In this document: positions 27,016 through 38,482 of the stretch, in pieces | How positions within the stretch are numbered: position 1 is the stretch's first letter | Layout: each line of letters starts with the position of its first letter | NCBI GenBank assembly: GCA_050949865.1 | Contig: JBMNGN010000005.1 | Location: 89,647-153,646 of the forward strand | DNA from: Syntrophomonadaceae bacterium | GTDB lineage: Bacteria > Bacillota > Syntrophomonadia > Syntrophomonadales > Syntrophomonadaceae | Length of the DNA stretch: 64,000 bases | Direction of reading: 5' to 3' | Position numbers and translations under genes: made by a program | The notes under the pieces: model-generated | Seen by the model: only the letters and a program-made list of their open reading frames with translations | What the model was told of the DNA's origin: nothing | Database searches by the model: none

Positions 27016-27858
27016 CTAAGCCCGGGTTTTTAATTCGTACCATAACGGGCTGGCAATAAAAATCGAAGAATACGCACCCACAACAAATCCAATCAGCATG
27101 GCGGCAACAAAATACTTGATAGTTTCTCCGCCTAAGAGCAGTAAAGCAATCAAAGCAAAGGCTGAGGTAAGAACCGTGTTAATGGACCGGTTGAAGGACT
27201 GCAAAATACTGCGGTTTAACAAGGAAATATAGTCCTCTTTTCTCCGAAAGCGCATATTCTCCCTAACCCTATCGAAAATAACAATGGTATCGTTTATCGT
27301 GTAGCCCACTACTGTAAGTATGGCTGCGATAAAAGCACTATTAATCTGCCACTGGAAGATGGAAAAGGCTCCTAAAACAATCAATACGTTGTGAATTATA
27401 GCCAATACAGCTGCCACCCCAAAAGACCACTCAAATCTGACCGTAATATAAGCCAGCATTAAGAGGGCAGCAATAAAAACAGACAACAAGGCATTTCTGG
27501 TTAATTCACTGCCGATTACCGCACCTACGCTTTCGGCACTTAAAAACTCAACCTTTCCAAACTTGTCGGTAAGTATCTGAATTAAGTCCTTGGTTTGTTC
27601 TTGGTTAAGCTCTACAGTCCTAATATAAAATTCATCATTGCTCTTCTGCACTTCAGGACTGCCATACTCCAGGCCAGAAATGGCTTCTCTTACCTCTTTA
27701 ACCGGTGTTTCGGCACTTATCCGAACATGCAGAATGGAGCCGCCTTCATAGTCTATTCCGAGATTGAGCCCCTGCATAAAAAGCGAAATGAGCCCCGGTA
27801 TTATCAGTAACAGTGAAATAACATAATAGATTTTTCTTCGCTGGATAATCTGCATCAT
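27016..27858 (-). CDS. secF: protein translocase subunit SecF
   Basis: 280 aa, with the SecF membrane domain collinear with known SecF. It follows secD. Confidence 0.93.
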   Translation of the reverse strand: MMQIIQRRKIYYVISLLLIIPGLISLFMQGLNLGIDYEGGSILHVRISAETPVKEVREAISGLEYGSPEVQKSNDEFYIRTVELNQEQTKDLIQILTDKFGKVEFLSAESVGAVIGSELTRNALLSVFIAALLMLAYITVRFEWSFGVAAVLAIIHNVLIVLGAFSIFQWQINSAFIAAILTVVGYTINDTIVIFDRVRENMRFRRKEDYISLLNRSILQSFNRSINTVLTSAFALIALLLLGGETIKYFVAAMLIGFVVGAYSSIFIASPLWYELKTRA

Positions 27859-27867
27859 CTGCCCTCC

Positions 27868-29070
27868 TTAAATACCGTATAATTTGGGGTTCTTGGTCAA
27901 ATTCGAAAACAGGATAAGCATGTATTTGGTAAAAGTTAAAGCTATAAGCAAGCTAGCAACTATACCTAAGGACAAGGTGACGGCAAAACCTTTAATCGGC
28001 CCAGTGCCAAAATACATCAAAACCATGGCGGTTATCAGGGTGGTAATATTGGCGTCAAAAATCGTCCAGAAAGCCCGTTTAAACCCAGAATCAATAGCTG
28101 CCTGGAGGGTTTTGCCAAAACGCAGCTCTTCTTTGATTCTTTCATAAATAATAATATTGGCATCAACCGCCATACCTATTGATAGAGCAAATCCCGCAAT
28201 ACCCGGCAGGGTTAAGACCGCCCCCAGGTAAACCATTGCCCCGAGAACCAGTAAACTATATAAAACCAGTGATAGATCAGCAATTATACCAGGGAGGCGA
28301 TAATAACCGATCATGAAGATCAATATGGCAATAATCCCGACAATCCCGGCTTTCAAGCTCTTATCCAGTGAATCCGCACCCAAAGTGGGGCCGATAGAAC
28401 GCTTCTCTAAAACACTAAAGCTAACCGGCAAAGCGCCGGACCGCAGCAGCACTGCAAGATCCTGGGCCTCTTTGGCGGTAAAATTGCCTTCTATCACCGC
28501 ATTCCCGTCCTCTATGACGGTATTAACCACGGGAGCACTTATCACCCGGTCATCGAGCACTATATACAACGGTTTTCCTAAATTGGCTTTTGTAGCTTTC
28601 CCGAACAGCCTGGCTCCTTCCTGGTCAAATTCCAGAGTAACCTCAGCCTGTTGGGTGTTGGGGTTCATCCTGGCTTCAGCGTTTTTCAAATTTTTGCCGG
28701 TAACGGCCACATTGCCCTGCTCATCTCTGAATTCCAGTTGGGCAACATTTTTTAATATGTCTACCGCAGCCTCAGGATCATCTTCTCCGGCTATTTCAAT
28801 TACCACCCGGTTGTTTCCCTGGGGATATAGTGATGTTTCCTTAACTCCCAGGTTATCTACCCGGTCCCTTAAGATCCCCACCGCTTTCTGTATAGTATCT
28901 GCTGTGACCGGTTCCCCCTCTCTTTCCTGGGCCTGGAGAACTACCCGCAATCCGCCCCTTAAATCCAAACCAAGATTGATATTCCTAAAGAGGGGTTGAT
29001 TGACAAAATACACCAGCAGGCCAAGAGCCAAGATAACCAGCGTCACCATAAAACCGGAATTTTTCCGCAC
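27868..29070 (-). CDS. secD: protein translocase subunit SecD
   Basis: 400 aa with LGLDLRGG near the N-terminus and a C-terminal 6-TM SecD/F domain. Confidence 0.93.
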   Translation of the reverse strand: MRKNSGFMVTLVILALGLLVYFVNQPLFRNINLGLDLRGGLRVVLQAQEREGEPVTADTIQKAVGILRDRVDNLGVKETSLYPQGNNRVVIEIAGEDDPEAAVDILKNVAQLEFRDEQGNVAVTGKNLKNAEARMNPNTQQAEVTLEFDQEGARLFGKATKANLGKPLYIVLDDRVISAPVVNTVIEDGNAVIEGNFTAKEAQDLAVLLRSGALPVSFSVLEKRSIGPTLGADSLDKSLKAGIVGIIAILIFMIGYYRLPGIIADLSLVLYSLLVLGAMVYLGAVLTLPGIAGFALSIGMAVDANIIIYERIKEELRFGKTLQAAIDSGFKRAFWTIFDANITTLITAMVLMYFGTGPIKGFAVTLSLGIVASLLIALTFTKYMLILFSNLTKNPKLYGI

Positions 29071-29100
29071 CCGTTTCTTCCTCCTTCCAACTACTTTGAA

Positions 29101-29757
29101 TTACAGCAATTTAGCCCCGTTTATTACCAGTTCAAATTCACAACCCAAAAAATTAGCCGCTCTGCGGCACAAAATCATCCGGGTTAAAAATATTTCAAAA
29201 TAATCCATAACCGGACAGATACTGGTGTCGATTACTAATTCCATAGTGATAACCTTCTCATCACCAATGGTTAATGTAGAGTGCTCCACCGCATAATTGA
29301 CCCGGTCATGTATATCAAAAGTAGCAACATCCAGATTCCTGACCCGATTTCTATGTACATGGGATTTATCGGCTAAGATAAGGGCAGCAGCTACCTGGTT
29401 TACCGGGTGACCACTGCCTTCATCGTGGTTTCCAATCGCAGCACAGATAATAGCGATTTCCTCCGGTTCCATCCCCATCCGGCGCAGAATTTCCATGGCT
29501 ATAAGGGCGCCGCTTTGGCTGTGACCAGTACGATTAATTACGTTGCCGATATCATGAAGATAGCCAGCAATTCCAGCTAGTTCAGCCATCCGCGGATCGG
29601 CCCCTAGCTTGCTTAATATCTTTTTGCTGAGACTGCTAACCAAGTCTAAATGCTTTTCACCATGGTCAGTATACCCCATTGCCCCCAAATGTTCATTACC
29701 TTTTTGAATAAATGTTTTAACAAGAGGATTGGCTTTTACATCCACTAGTGTGATCAT
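29101..29757 (-). CDS. HD-domain phosphohydrolase
   Basis: 218 aa with H...HD metal-site contexts (GEKHLDLV, GYLHDIGN). Confidence 0.7.
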   Translation of the reverse strand: MITLVDVKANPLVKTFIQKGNEHLGAMGYTDHGEKHLDLVSSLSKKILSKLGADPRMAELAGIAGYLHDIGNVINRTGHSQSGALIAMEILRRMGMEPEEIAIICAAIGNHDEGSGHPVNQVAAALILADKSHVHRNRVRNLDVATFDIHDRVNYAVEHSTLTIGDEKVITMELVIDTSICPVMDYFEIFLTRMILCRRAANFLGCEFELVINGAKLL

Positions 29758-29763
29758 TTATTA

Positions 29764-30036
29764 CTATCCCTCGACTTTATAAGCTATTGCCTTTTTCAAG
29801 AACTCAATCTCGGTGTTTTCACATACCTTAAGAACGATAGAATCGTCTTTAATCCGGGTTACTTCTCCATGAACCCCGCCTATGGTCACTACCTTTTCTC
29901 CTCTTTTAAGGCTGGCTACCATTTCAGTATGCTTTTTCTCTTGCTTCTTACGTGGCAATACCAGGAAAAAATAAAAAACTGCCAGAAAAAAACCAAAATA
30001 GATGGCCATCATTAAAAAATTTCCCTCACTAAACAA
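29764..30036 (-). CDS. yajC: preprotein translocase subunit YajC
   Basis: 90 aa with a single TM segment, then LKRGEKVVTIGGVHGEV. It sits between tgt and secD. Confidence 0.9.
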   Translation of the reverse strand: MFSEGNFLMMAIYFGFFLAVFYFFLVLPRKKQEKKHTEMVASLKRGEKVVTIGGVHGEVTRIKDDSIVLKVCENTEIEFLKKAIAYKVEG

Positions 30037-30098
30037 AATACCACTCCTTTTACCAATAACTCATCTGTATTCGGCAGAGAATTGCTAAAATCCTCTTG

Positions 30099-31202
<1,104 letters not shown>

Positions 31203-31357
31203 TCACTCCGAACCAATAGTATTTTGATTAATTTTCCCTTTCCGAAAAGAGGGGCAGTATTTCGCGGTCATAAACCCTCCTGCGAATATTTTGCAACAAC
31301 CCCTGGCTGATCCACTATTAGTAAGAAGATTTATCTGGTAATTATCAGCCTATGGCA

Positions 31358-32407
31358 TTAAATGATCAGCATGGCATCACCATAACTGAAGAACTTGTAC
31401 TGCCTGTCTATAGCATGTTTATAAGCTGCTTTTACCTGATCTATACCGGCAAAAGCAGAAACTAACATCACTAAGGACGACCCGGGAAGATGGAAATTGG
31501 TAACCAGTTTATCTACAGCCCTAAACTTATAACCAGGGTAGATAAACTTATCGGTTTCCCCGCTTTGGGCTAAAAATCCATAGTCATCATTATACACTGT
31601 TTCTAAGGACCTTACTACTGTGGTCCCTACTGCGATTACCGATTTACCTTTTTTCCGGGTTTGGTTCAATAACTGGGCAGTTTCATTATCTATGACATAG
31701 AACTCGCTGTGCATTTTATGCTCCCGAATATCCGCCTTTTCCACAGGTCGAAAGGTTCCAAGGCCGACATGAAGCAGAACCCTGGCAATATTTATTCCCT
31801 GGTCCTCAATCTGTTTTAAAAGCTCCTGGGTAAAGTGCAGCCCGGCAGTTGGCGCTGCAGCCGAACCATTCACCTCCGCATAAACCGTTTGGTAATCTTC
31901 CCGGTCCTCCTCCTGTGCTTCCCGATTGATGTAGGGCGGCAGGGGCATGCAACCGAACTGCTCAATAAATGCTTGTTCATCACTGCAGCTATCAAACCGG
32001 ATTATCCTTCCGCCAGGAATTGACATTTCAGCTATTATCTCCGCCCGGACCTCACTTTTATCAAAAAGTACATAATCCCCGGCCCTAAGCTTTCGGGCCG
32101 GTTTTACCAGTGATTCCCACCGGTCATCAATCTTTCTCAACAAAAGGATTTCTACCTTGGCCCCGGTTAGCTTTTTCCCCCAAAGCCTGGCCGGGATAAC
32201 CCGGGTTTTGTTTAATACCAAAGTATCACCGGGGGTAATAAAACGGGTAATTTCTTTAAAACTGGTGTCACTTATTGATCCGGTGGATCGATTCAGGACC
32301 AATAGTCTGGCTTCATCCCTCGGTTTAGTTGGATATTGGGCAATTAAATTACTAGGAAGATCAAAATAATAATTGCTTAGAGCAAATATGTTCTGGTCTT
32401 GGGTCAT
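31358..32407 (-). CDS. queA: S-adenosylmethionine:tRNA ribosyltransferase-isomerase
   Basis: ATG 32407 lies 6 nt after AGGAG. FDLPSNLIAQYP... is collinear with QueA. The track start at 32446 would overlap the upstream gene. Confidence 0.93.
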   Translation of the reverse strand: MTQDQNIFALSNYYFDLPSNLIAQYPTKPRDEARLLVLNRSTGSISDTSFKEITRFITPGDTLVLNKTRVIPARLWGKKLTGAKVEILLLRKIDDRWESLVKPARKLRAGDYVLFDKSEVRAEIIAEMSIPGGRIIRFDSCSDEQAFIEQFGCMPLPPYINREAQEEDREDYQTVYAEVNGSAAAPTAGLHFTQELLKQIEDQGINIARVLLHVGLGTFRPVEKADIREHKMHSEFYVIDNETAQLLNQTRKKGKSVIAVGTTVVRSLETVYNDDYGFLAQSGETDKFIYPGYKFRAVDKLVTNFHLPGSSLVMLVSAFAGIDQVKAAYKHAIDRQYKFFSYGDAMLII

Positions 32408-32432
32408 TGGCAACTCCTGCAGTTTACCTAAA

Positions 32433-32672
32433 CTACCTGCGTGCAAACAGGTTTAATATAATTGAAAGAACAATACTGATAATTATACAAGTAACTACGG
32501 GAAAGAAGAAGGTAAAATTGCCTTTTTTGATTATTATGTCCCCGGGAAGGCGCAAATTGCCCAGACCCAGTTTTGAGGCAAGGAAAAAAATAACCCCCAT
32601 AATAGTAATTATTAAGCCTAAACCAATAATTACCCTGGCAATTGTCTCCATGGGATTCATATAATACACCAC
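32433..32672 (-). CDS. DUF2905 small membrane protein
   Basis: 79 aa. LGNLRLPGDIIIKKGNFTFFFPVVTCI matches the DUF2905 signature. Confidence 0.7.
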   Translation of the reverse strand: MVYYMNPMETIARVIIGLGLIITIMGVIFFLASKLGLGNLRLPGDIIIKKGNFTFFFPVVTCIIISIVLSIILNLFARR

Positions 32673-32706
32673 TCCGTAATGTTTAATAATTATACTATTC
32701 CCATTC

Positions 32707-33261
32707 TTAGCTTTTTTTTATTTTGGTTTCTTTACGCTGGTACCGCTCCATTTCACTGTACAAGCAACCGCAATACTGCTGTCGGTACAGGTTCATTTCT
32801 TTGGACCTGGCAACCGTATCTTTAAATCCTTCACGAAAGTCCAGGTACAAAAAAGCAACCCCATACTTTTCTCCTAAATCCTGGCCTATTTCCCTGATCA
32901 GATCATGTTTTTGAAACTTGCTAACCAATAAGGTGGTGGTAAAAAAATCAAATTTTCCCGATTTGGCTATTCGTACCGCCTTCTCCAGCCTTATCCTGTA
33001 ACATATCCTGCACCTCTGGCTTTCTCGAAAAGCTACCTGCTGAAAGTACTGGTCCGGGCTATAATCGTTTTCTGCAATAATATCCAAATTGACCATATGG
33101 GCGAATTTGTCTAACGCTTCTTTCCGCTTCACATACTCTGTATACGGATGTATATTGGGATTGTAAAAATATCCCTTTATATGGTATCCCAGCTCTGTTA
33201 ATCTGGCAACCGGATATGTGGCACAGGGGCCACAGCAGATATGCAACAGTACTTTACTCAT
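32707..33261 (-). CDS. queH: epoxyqueuosine reductase QueH (DUF208)
   Basis: 184 aa with HICCGPCA, CRICY and QYCGCLYSE cysteine motifs. Confidence 0.85.
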   Translation of the reverse strand: MSKVLLHICCGPCATYPVARLTELGYHIKGYFYNPNIHPYTEYVKRKEALDKFAHMVNLDIIAENDYSPDQYFQQVAFRESQRCRICYRIRLEKAVRIAKSGKFDFFTTTLLVSKFQKHDLIREIGQDLGEKYGVAFLYLDFREGFKDTVARSKEMNLYRQQYCGCLYSEMERYQRKETKIKKS

Positions 33262-33300
33262 GCTTTACCCCCTTTAAGCTGCAGATCTAACCGCCCTGTT

Positions 33301-34323
33301 TTAATCAAAGAGGTTTCTTCCTGCATTACCTGAAGTTGAACCTATATGTTTATATGCTGATTCGGTTGCTATTCTGCCCCTTGGGGTCTTTTGAACCATT
33401 CCCAACTTAATTAGATATGGCTCGTAAACATCGGTAACCGTATCGCTTTCTTCGGAAACAGCAGCTGCCAGGGTTTCCAGCCCTACCGGTCCCCCATTGA
33501 ATTTGTTTATAATGGCATCAAGTATCATTCTATCGACAATGTCCAAACCGCATTCATCAATTTCTAACATCTCCAGGGCTCGCTGGCTCACATCCCTGTC
33601 AATAAAACCATTCCCTTTTACCAGGGCATAATCCCAGACTCTTTTAAGAAGCCGATTGGCAATTCTCGGTGTGCCTCGGGAGCGTCTGGCTATTTCGGCC
33701 GCACCGGTATCATCTATGGGAATTCCCAGGATTGATGCCGCTCGGTTAATTATCTCGGTCAGTTCACTGCAATTATAAAAATCAAGCCGGCAATTGATCC
33801 CAAATCTGTCCCTGAGCGGTGAGCTTAAAAGTCCCGGCCGGGTAGTTGCCCCAATCAGGGTAAAGGGGGGTATTTCCAGCCTCAAGGTTCGGGCCGACGG
33901 CCCTTTGCCTATGATTATATCAATGGCAAAATCCTCCATGGCCGGGTACATAATTTCCTCAACATTTCGGTTAAGGCGATGGATTTCGTCTATGAATAAA
34001 ATCTCTCCCGGTTCCAGGTTGGTTAATATGGCCGCCAGATCTCCCGGTCTTTCTATGGCCGGACCTGAGGTTTTTCTTATTGGTTTTCCCATTTCATTGG
34101 CTATTATGGTAGCCAGGGTAGTCTTGCCAAGTCCCGGAGGCCCGCTTAGCAACACATGGTCCATGCTTTCATTGCGCTCCCTGGCTGCCAGTATAAATAT
34201 CCTGATATTTTCTTTTACTCTGTCCTGTCCAATATAATCAGCAAGCTTGAGAGGTCTTAATGACGATTCGGAGTTATCATCCTCACCCGTTAAATTTGGC
34301 GACAGGAGTCTATGGTAATCCAT
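33301..34323 (-). CDS. ruvB: Holliday junction branch migration helicase RuvB
   Basis: 340 aa with Walker [12 protein letters not shown], Walker [10 protein letters not shown] and [15 protein letters not shown]. Confidence 0.96.
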   Translation of the reverse strand: MDYHRLLSPNLTGEDDNSESSLRPLKLADYIGQDRVKENIRIFILAARERNESMDHVLLSGPPGLGKTTLATIIANEMGKPIRKTSGPAIERPGDLAAILTNLEPGEILFIDEIHRLNRNVEEIMYPAMEDFAIDIIIGKGPSARTLRLEIPPFTLIGATTRPGLLSSPLRDRFGINCRLDFYNCSELTEIINRAASILGIPIDDTGAAEIARRSRGTPRIANRLLKRVWDYALVKGNGFIDRDVSQRALEMLEIDECGLDIVDRMILDAIINKFNGGPVGLETLAAAVSEESDTVTDVYEPYLIKLGMVQKTPRGRIATESAYKHIGSTSGNAGRNLFD

Positions 34324-34340
34324 AAAAATTCACCTCCAGT

Positions 34341-34931
34341 CTATTTGGTAGCCAGCTTTTCCCGCAGGATAATTTTCAGGTTTTTTTCGATATTATCACT
34401 TAATTGATCCGATTCCTGTAAGGCATGAATCAGGGGCATCATCTCATACCTGGTGTATCCCAGGGCTTCCAGGGCTTGTAATACATCATCAATATGCTTA
34501 GTATCAGCCGGACTGCTGCCATAGTCAATTTTGCCCACCTTATCTTTGAGCTCAAATATCAACCGTTGCGCACTCTTCTTGCCTATTCCGGGAATAGTGA
34601 CCAAAGTTTTTTCATCCTTAGCAGCTATAGCCCGGCAAAACCTATCCGGTTCAAAAGCACCTAGGATGTTCAGGGCTACCCGGGCACCCACCCCGGTAAC
34701 CGTAAGCAATAGGTTAAAAAGGTTTAATTCTTGTTCTTTAATAAACCCGTAGAGTTTAAGATCATTTTCCGTAACGTGCAGCCGGGTGTACATGGTTAAG
34801 GTTTCACCTTTTGGCGGAAGATGGGTAAAGGTCCTAGAATGAGTGAAGATTTCGTATCCTATTCCGCTAACCTCTACAATGATACTCTCTTCACCTGTTT
34901 TCAACAAACTTCCCTTAACCAGGGATATCAC
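34341..34931 (-). CDS. ruvA: Holliday junction DNA helicase RuvA
   Basis: GTG 34931 lies 9 nt after AAAGGGGAG and overlaps the ruvC TGA (GTGA). It gives MISLVKGSL..., the canonical RuvA start. The track start at 34985 lies inside ruvC. Confidence 0.9.
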   Translation of the reverse strand: MISLVKGSLLKTGEESIIVEVSGIGYEIFTHSRTFTHLPPKGETLTMYTRLHVTENDLKLYGFIKEQELNLFNLLLTVTGVGARVALNILGAFEPDRFCRAIAAKDEKTLVTIPGIGKKSAQRLIFELKDKVGKIDYGSSPADTKHIDDVLQALEALGYTRYEMMPLIHALQESDQLSDNIEKNLKIILREKLATK

Positions 34932-35431
34932 TGCTTTACACTCCCCTTTCCCCAATTGGCTATCTTGTAGGAGTGAAGATGGCATATGGCTATAGCTATG
35001 GCATCAGCCGCATCATCCGGTTTGGGCAGTTGATCCATAGATAGAATCCTTTTAACCATCTCCTGTACCTGTTTTTTATCTGCATTGCCAAAGCCAACTA
35101 CTGCCTGCTTCACCTGTAAGGGAGTGTACTCCGCTACCTGGATCTTGGCCCTGGCGGCAGTCATAATGGCGACTCCCCGGCTCTCCGCAACAGTAATAAT
35201 AGTTTTGGCATTCTTATTGTAGAACAACTGTTCCACAGCTACGGCATCGGGCCGGTTATCTTCAATGAGTAGTTGAAGTTGCTCATTTATTTTACATAAA
35301 CGCTCGGCAACCGTCATGGAAGATGAGGTGGTTATCAATCCATAATTAATCAGTTTAATCTTGCCATCCAGATACTGAACCAGGCCATAACCCATCCTGG
35401 CCGTACCCGGGTCAATTCCCAGTACCAGCAT
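34928..35431 (-). CDS. ruvC: crossover junction endodeoxyribonuclease RuvC
   Basis: 167 aa with the acidic-residue contexts LGIDPGTARMGYG, AVEQLF and DAADAIAIAICH. Confidence 0.93.
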   Translation of the reverse strand: MLVLGIDPGTARMGYGLVQYLDGKIKLINYGLITTSSSMTVAERLCKINEQLQLLIEDNRPDAVAVEQLFYNKNAKTIITVAESRGVAIMTAARAKIQVAEYTPLQVKQAVVGFGNADKKQVQEMVKRILSMDQLPKPDDAADAIAIAICHLHSYKIANWGKGSVKQ

Positions 35432-35572
35432 AAATGTGCCTCTTTTACTTTTGTTATATCTATATTACTTGAAAAAACCAAACCGGACCAGTAAAAACCA
35501 AAAGGTCAACCGGATATAACTAGGAGGGTCCTTAACAATAGTAAAGGGGTAGGGTATGGCAATCGAACTCTT

Positions 35573-36151
35573 TTAGTTATACTCGTCAAGATTTTCCAGG
35601 GCATCGTTTAGGGCCTCTTCAGAGGAATATTCGTACTCCCCGCGGTTAATGGCATTCTGAATATCTATAGGGAGCCGGTTCATTTGTATGGAAGTTACTT
35701 TAACTAAGACGTCGTTGAACGGATCTGGCCCTTTATATACCGCCACACTTCCATTAAAATCCTTTAGCCGGTATTTTTCCTTATCCGCTGCACACCAGTC
35801 ATTTATTACTTCCCGGATTACCAAAGTATTGTCTTTTAATGACACCTGATATCCGGCATCAGGATTATAAACTTTTTTTATCTCTTCCAAGTTTTTACCT
35901 AATACCGCTTCCCTTGGCGAAAAATCCGATATTATTATATGCCCGCATTTTTGAAACTCCTGCTCGAATACCATATGGGTATCTTCATTTATAATATCTC
36001 TTTTTTCTTCCATTCCCACAACCGGCTTTTGCTGCCGCCCCCCCAGCTGGGAATTATGATATATATGTGCCAGGGCGTATCCTATGCCAAAACTGGTTAA
36101 AACTATTAACAATAAAAAAACACCCACATCAGTCTTCTTCATCATCATCAC
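35573..36151 (-). CDS. BofC-like protein (signal/TM anchor plus BofC-type domains)
   Basis: 192 aa. RLKDFNGSVAVYKG and IQMNRLPIDIQNAINRGEYEYSSEEALNDALENL parallel B. subtilis BofC (NGYIGVSDNGVISTFHG; IDLERLESHMQKNLLKGIPF..). It sits next to the ruv genes, as bofC does in Bacillus. Confidence 0.5.
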   Translation of the reverse strand: MMMMKKTDVGVFLLLIVLTSFGIGYALAHIYHNSQLGGRQQKPVVGMEEKRDIINEDTHMVFEQEFQKCGHIIISDFSPREAVLGKNLEEIKKVYNPDAGYQVSLKDNTLVIREVINDWCAADKEKYRLKDFNGSVAVYKGPDPFNDVLVKVTSIQMNRLPIDIQNAINRGEYEYSSEEALNDALENLDEYN

Positions 36152-36278
36152 CTCTTGATACTATTTTTTCCCATTTTTATTAACCATATACAGCATATCG
36201 TTTTCTTTCCTGTAAATACTTGGATAGGGTGGTGATTGAATGTTATAATTTAAGCATTACGAACAAGGGGGGTAAAAT

Positions 36279-37061
36279 ATGGCTACTTATAAGAATCTAT
36301 TAGTAACAAAAGAAAGCCCAATTGCTATCCTTACCCTTAACCGTCCGGATAGACTGAATATTTTCGGGGTAGAGGTTTGGCAAGAGATGGAGCAAGCCCT
36401 TCGAGAAATCGAAGAAATGGATAATCTGCGGGCGTTGGTCATCAATGCAAAAGGAAAGCATTTTGCTGCAGGGGTTGATTTAAAAGAATTAAAAGAGAAT
36501 AGCCTGAATTTCACCCAGAAGTACCTGGCCTATTTGCAGTCGGTTTATAACAAACTGGACGATTTTCCAGTACCGGTTATTATCGCCATCCAAGGCCTCT
36601 GCCTCGGTTCGGGAACGGAACTGGCTCTGGCCTGTGATTTAAGGGTAGCAGCCAAAAATGCCAAATTAGCTCTTCCTGAAGTAAGGTTTGGTCTGGCACC
36701 GGATATGGGGGGAACCACCCGACTGACCAAGTTGGTCGGCCCAGGACAAGCCAAGAAGATTATCTTTACCTGTGACCAAATAGATGCAGAAAAGGCTGAA
36801 GCCATAGGCCTGGTTGAGTATGTTGTTGAAGAAGAAGAACTTATGGATACCGCCATGAAAATTGCTCACCAGATCGCCAGTATGCCTCCAATAGCAGTCA
36901 GAATGGCCAAAAAAGGGATTAATTTGGCAACGGAAAGCAGCAGGATGGCCGGTTTACTTTTTGAACAAGCCCAGGCAGCTTTATGTTCGGGGACCGAGGA
37001 CCAAAAAGAAGCTATAAGCGCCTGGTTTGAAAAGAGAAACCCAGAATTCAAAGGCAAGTAA
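36279..37061 (+). CDS. enoyl-CoA hydratase/isomerase (crotonase) family protein
   Basis: 260 aa with GLCLGSGTELALACDLRVA and ALPEVRFGLAPDMGGT, which carry both catalytic Glu contexts. Confidence 0.85.
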   Translation: MATYKNLLVTKESPIAILTLNRPDRLNIFGVEVWQEMEQALREIEEMDNLRALVINAKGKHFAAGVDLKELKENSLNFTQKYLAYLQSVYNKLDDFPVPVIIAIQGLCLGSGTELALACDLRVAAKNAKLALPEVRFGLAPDMGGTTRLTKLVGPGQAKKIIFTCDQIDAEKAEAIGLVEYVVEEEELMDTAMKIAHQIASMPPIAVRMAKKGINLATESSRMAGLLFEQAQAALCSGTEDQKEAISAWFEKRNPEFKGK

Positions 37062-37089
37062 TAATATAAAACCGGTTGATTAAAGAAAA

Positions 37090-37118
37090 TTAAAGCACTG
37101 CTGTTCGCAGTGCTTTAA
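37090..37118. terminator. bidirectional terminator hairpin between the crotonase gene and a small convergent ORF
   Basis: A perfect 12-bp stem, TTAAAGCACTGC/GCAGTGCTTTAA, with the loop TGTTC. T-rich sequence follows on the minus strand. Confidence 0.7.
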
Positions 37119-37120
37119 TG

Positions 37121-37270
37121 CTATTTAGCGCCCAGTTCATCAGCTAAAGCCTTGCTTTTTTCCGAAAGGATTAAGGCTAAATTAGCAGCATCTTTGTATT
37201 TACCTAAAATTAAATTTGATGCAAGATCCGCAAAAAGGTTCTTTAGCTCCATAAATAATTTCGTAATCAT
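37121..37270 (-). CDS. candidate small protein (49 aa), unannotated in the ORF track
   Basis: It translates as MITKLFMELKNLFADLASNLILGKYKDAANLALILSEKSKALADELGAK. GGAGG lies ~12 nt upstream, and the stop is 2 nt from the terminator hairpin. No family recognised. Confidence 0.3.
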   Translation of the reverse strand: MITKLFMELKNLFADLASNLILGKYKDAANLALILSEKSKALADELGAK

Positions 37271-37434
37271 CTTTGCATCATACCTCCGATCCGATACTTA
37301 TGTAGAGGCAATCCAATCTTACATTTAATATAAATAAGTATATACATTATTGTAACATATTTACACCAATCTTAAGCTATTTTTTCGTTATTTTGCCGCC
37401 GCTATTAAAATAGCCTATCAATACATATCGTCAT

Positions 37435-38292
37435 TTAATTTATTTTTTTTAATTTATTACAGATTTTTTCAACTATACTGCCCATCTCTTGCGAAACATA
37501 GTCTTCAATTCTGCCTTGATCAACCAGGGAGTTCAGCTCTACATCCCATGGCAAACCACCTAAAAAATCAATCCCGGTTTCTTTAGCTACCTTTGCCCCC
37601 TGGCTTTTCCCGAATATTTCCAACTTTTCATTACATTTCGGACAAATGGCATAACTCATGTTTTCAACTAAACCTAAAATAGGAATCTTCATTTTTTGGG
37701 TCATCTTAATCGTCTTTTTTACCACCATAAAAGCCAGCTCCTGGGGCGAAGATACAATAATAATCCCATTTACCGGCAGCGATTGCATTACAGTAAGAGG
37801 GACATCTCCTGTTCCTGGCGGTAAATCCACTACCAGATAATCCAGTTCTCTCCAATCCACCTCTTTGAAGAATTGGTTAACTGCCCCGGCCAACAAGGGC
37901 CCACGCCATATAACCGGGTCATCTTCCCGGGGTAAAAAGAAATTGATGGACATCAATTTGATATTCGTTCTGGTAGACGGCGGTATAATTCCATACTCGC
38001 TGGCATTTAGTCTAATATCTTTTAGCCCAAAAGCTTTAGGTTGACTAGGGCCGGTAATATCAGCATCCAGTATTCCGACTCTATGGCCTTTTTGGGCCAA
38101 AGCCACTGCTACTAGCCCGGTAACCGATGATTTCCCTACCCCTCCTTTGCCGCTCATTACGACGATTATATTATTAATACGGTTTAGAGCACCTAATAGT
38201 GACTTATCTTCTTTTTCCTTCTGTACCCCACATTCACCAGGCTGCAATGAGCAGGTTCCTTGGGAGGGACAACCTTTGCAGTTTTCAGACAT
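37435..38292 (-). CDS. Mrp/NBP35-family Fe-S cluster carrier ATPase
   Basis: ATG 38292 lies 6 nt after AGAGGA. It has a Cys-rich N-terminus, a deviant Walker A (SGKGGVGKS) and CPKC. Confidence 0.88.
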   Translation of the reverse strand: MSENCKGCPSQGTCSLQPGECGVQKEKEDKSLLGALNRINNIIVVMSGKGGVGKSSVTGLVAVALAQKGHRVGILDADITGPSQPKAFGLKDIRLNASEYGIIPPSTRTNIKLMSINFFLPREDDPVIWRGPLLAGAVNQFFKEVDWRELDYLVVDLPPGTGDVPLTVMQSLPVNGIIIVSSPQELAFMVVKKTIKMTQKMKIPILGLVENMSYAICPKCNEKLEIFGKSQGAKVAKETGIDFLGGLPWDVELNSLVDQGRIEDYVSQEMGSIVEKICNKLKKIN

Positions 38293-38420
38293 ATTTTTTC
38301 CTCTTTTCCTGATAAATTCGACCATCCTATATTATACACCAATATTCACCTAATTCAATACAAGGTTACCGCCGTACTTTCCATCATCCGCTTACATCCT
38401 ATTTGTTTATCTTACCCAGC

Positions 38421-38448
38421 TGAACCTTAGGATATATTTAATCCTATA
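38421..38448 (+). promoter_or_regulatory. putative ECF-type (sigmaW-like) autoregulatory promoter
   Basis: TGAACC (38421-38426), 16 nt, CCTATA (38443-38448). Compare the B. subtilis sigmaW consensus TGAAAC-N16-CGTATA. It lies 35-75 nt upstream of the sigma gene. Confidence 0.4.
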
Positions 38449-38482
38449 AATTTTTTGTCAGGTAGTGTAAGCTGTAATTATA

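Noticed and set aside
31203-31271. A 22-codon minus-strand ORF between queA and tgt (MTAKYCPSFRKGKINQNTIGSE), whose TGA abuts the tgt TTG start.
   Set aside because: The SD spacing is short (4 nt), the peptide is featureless, and the ORF is too short to separate from chance without comparative data.
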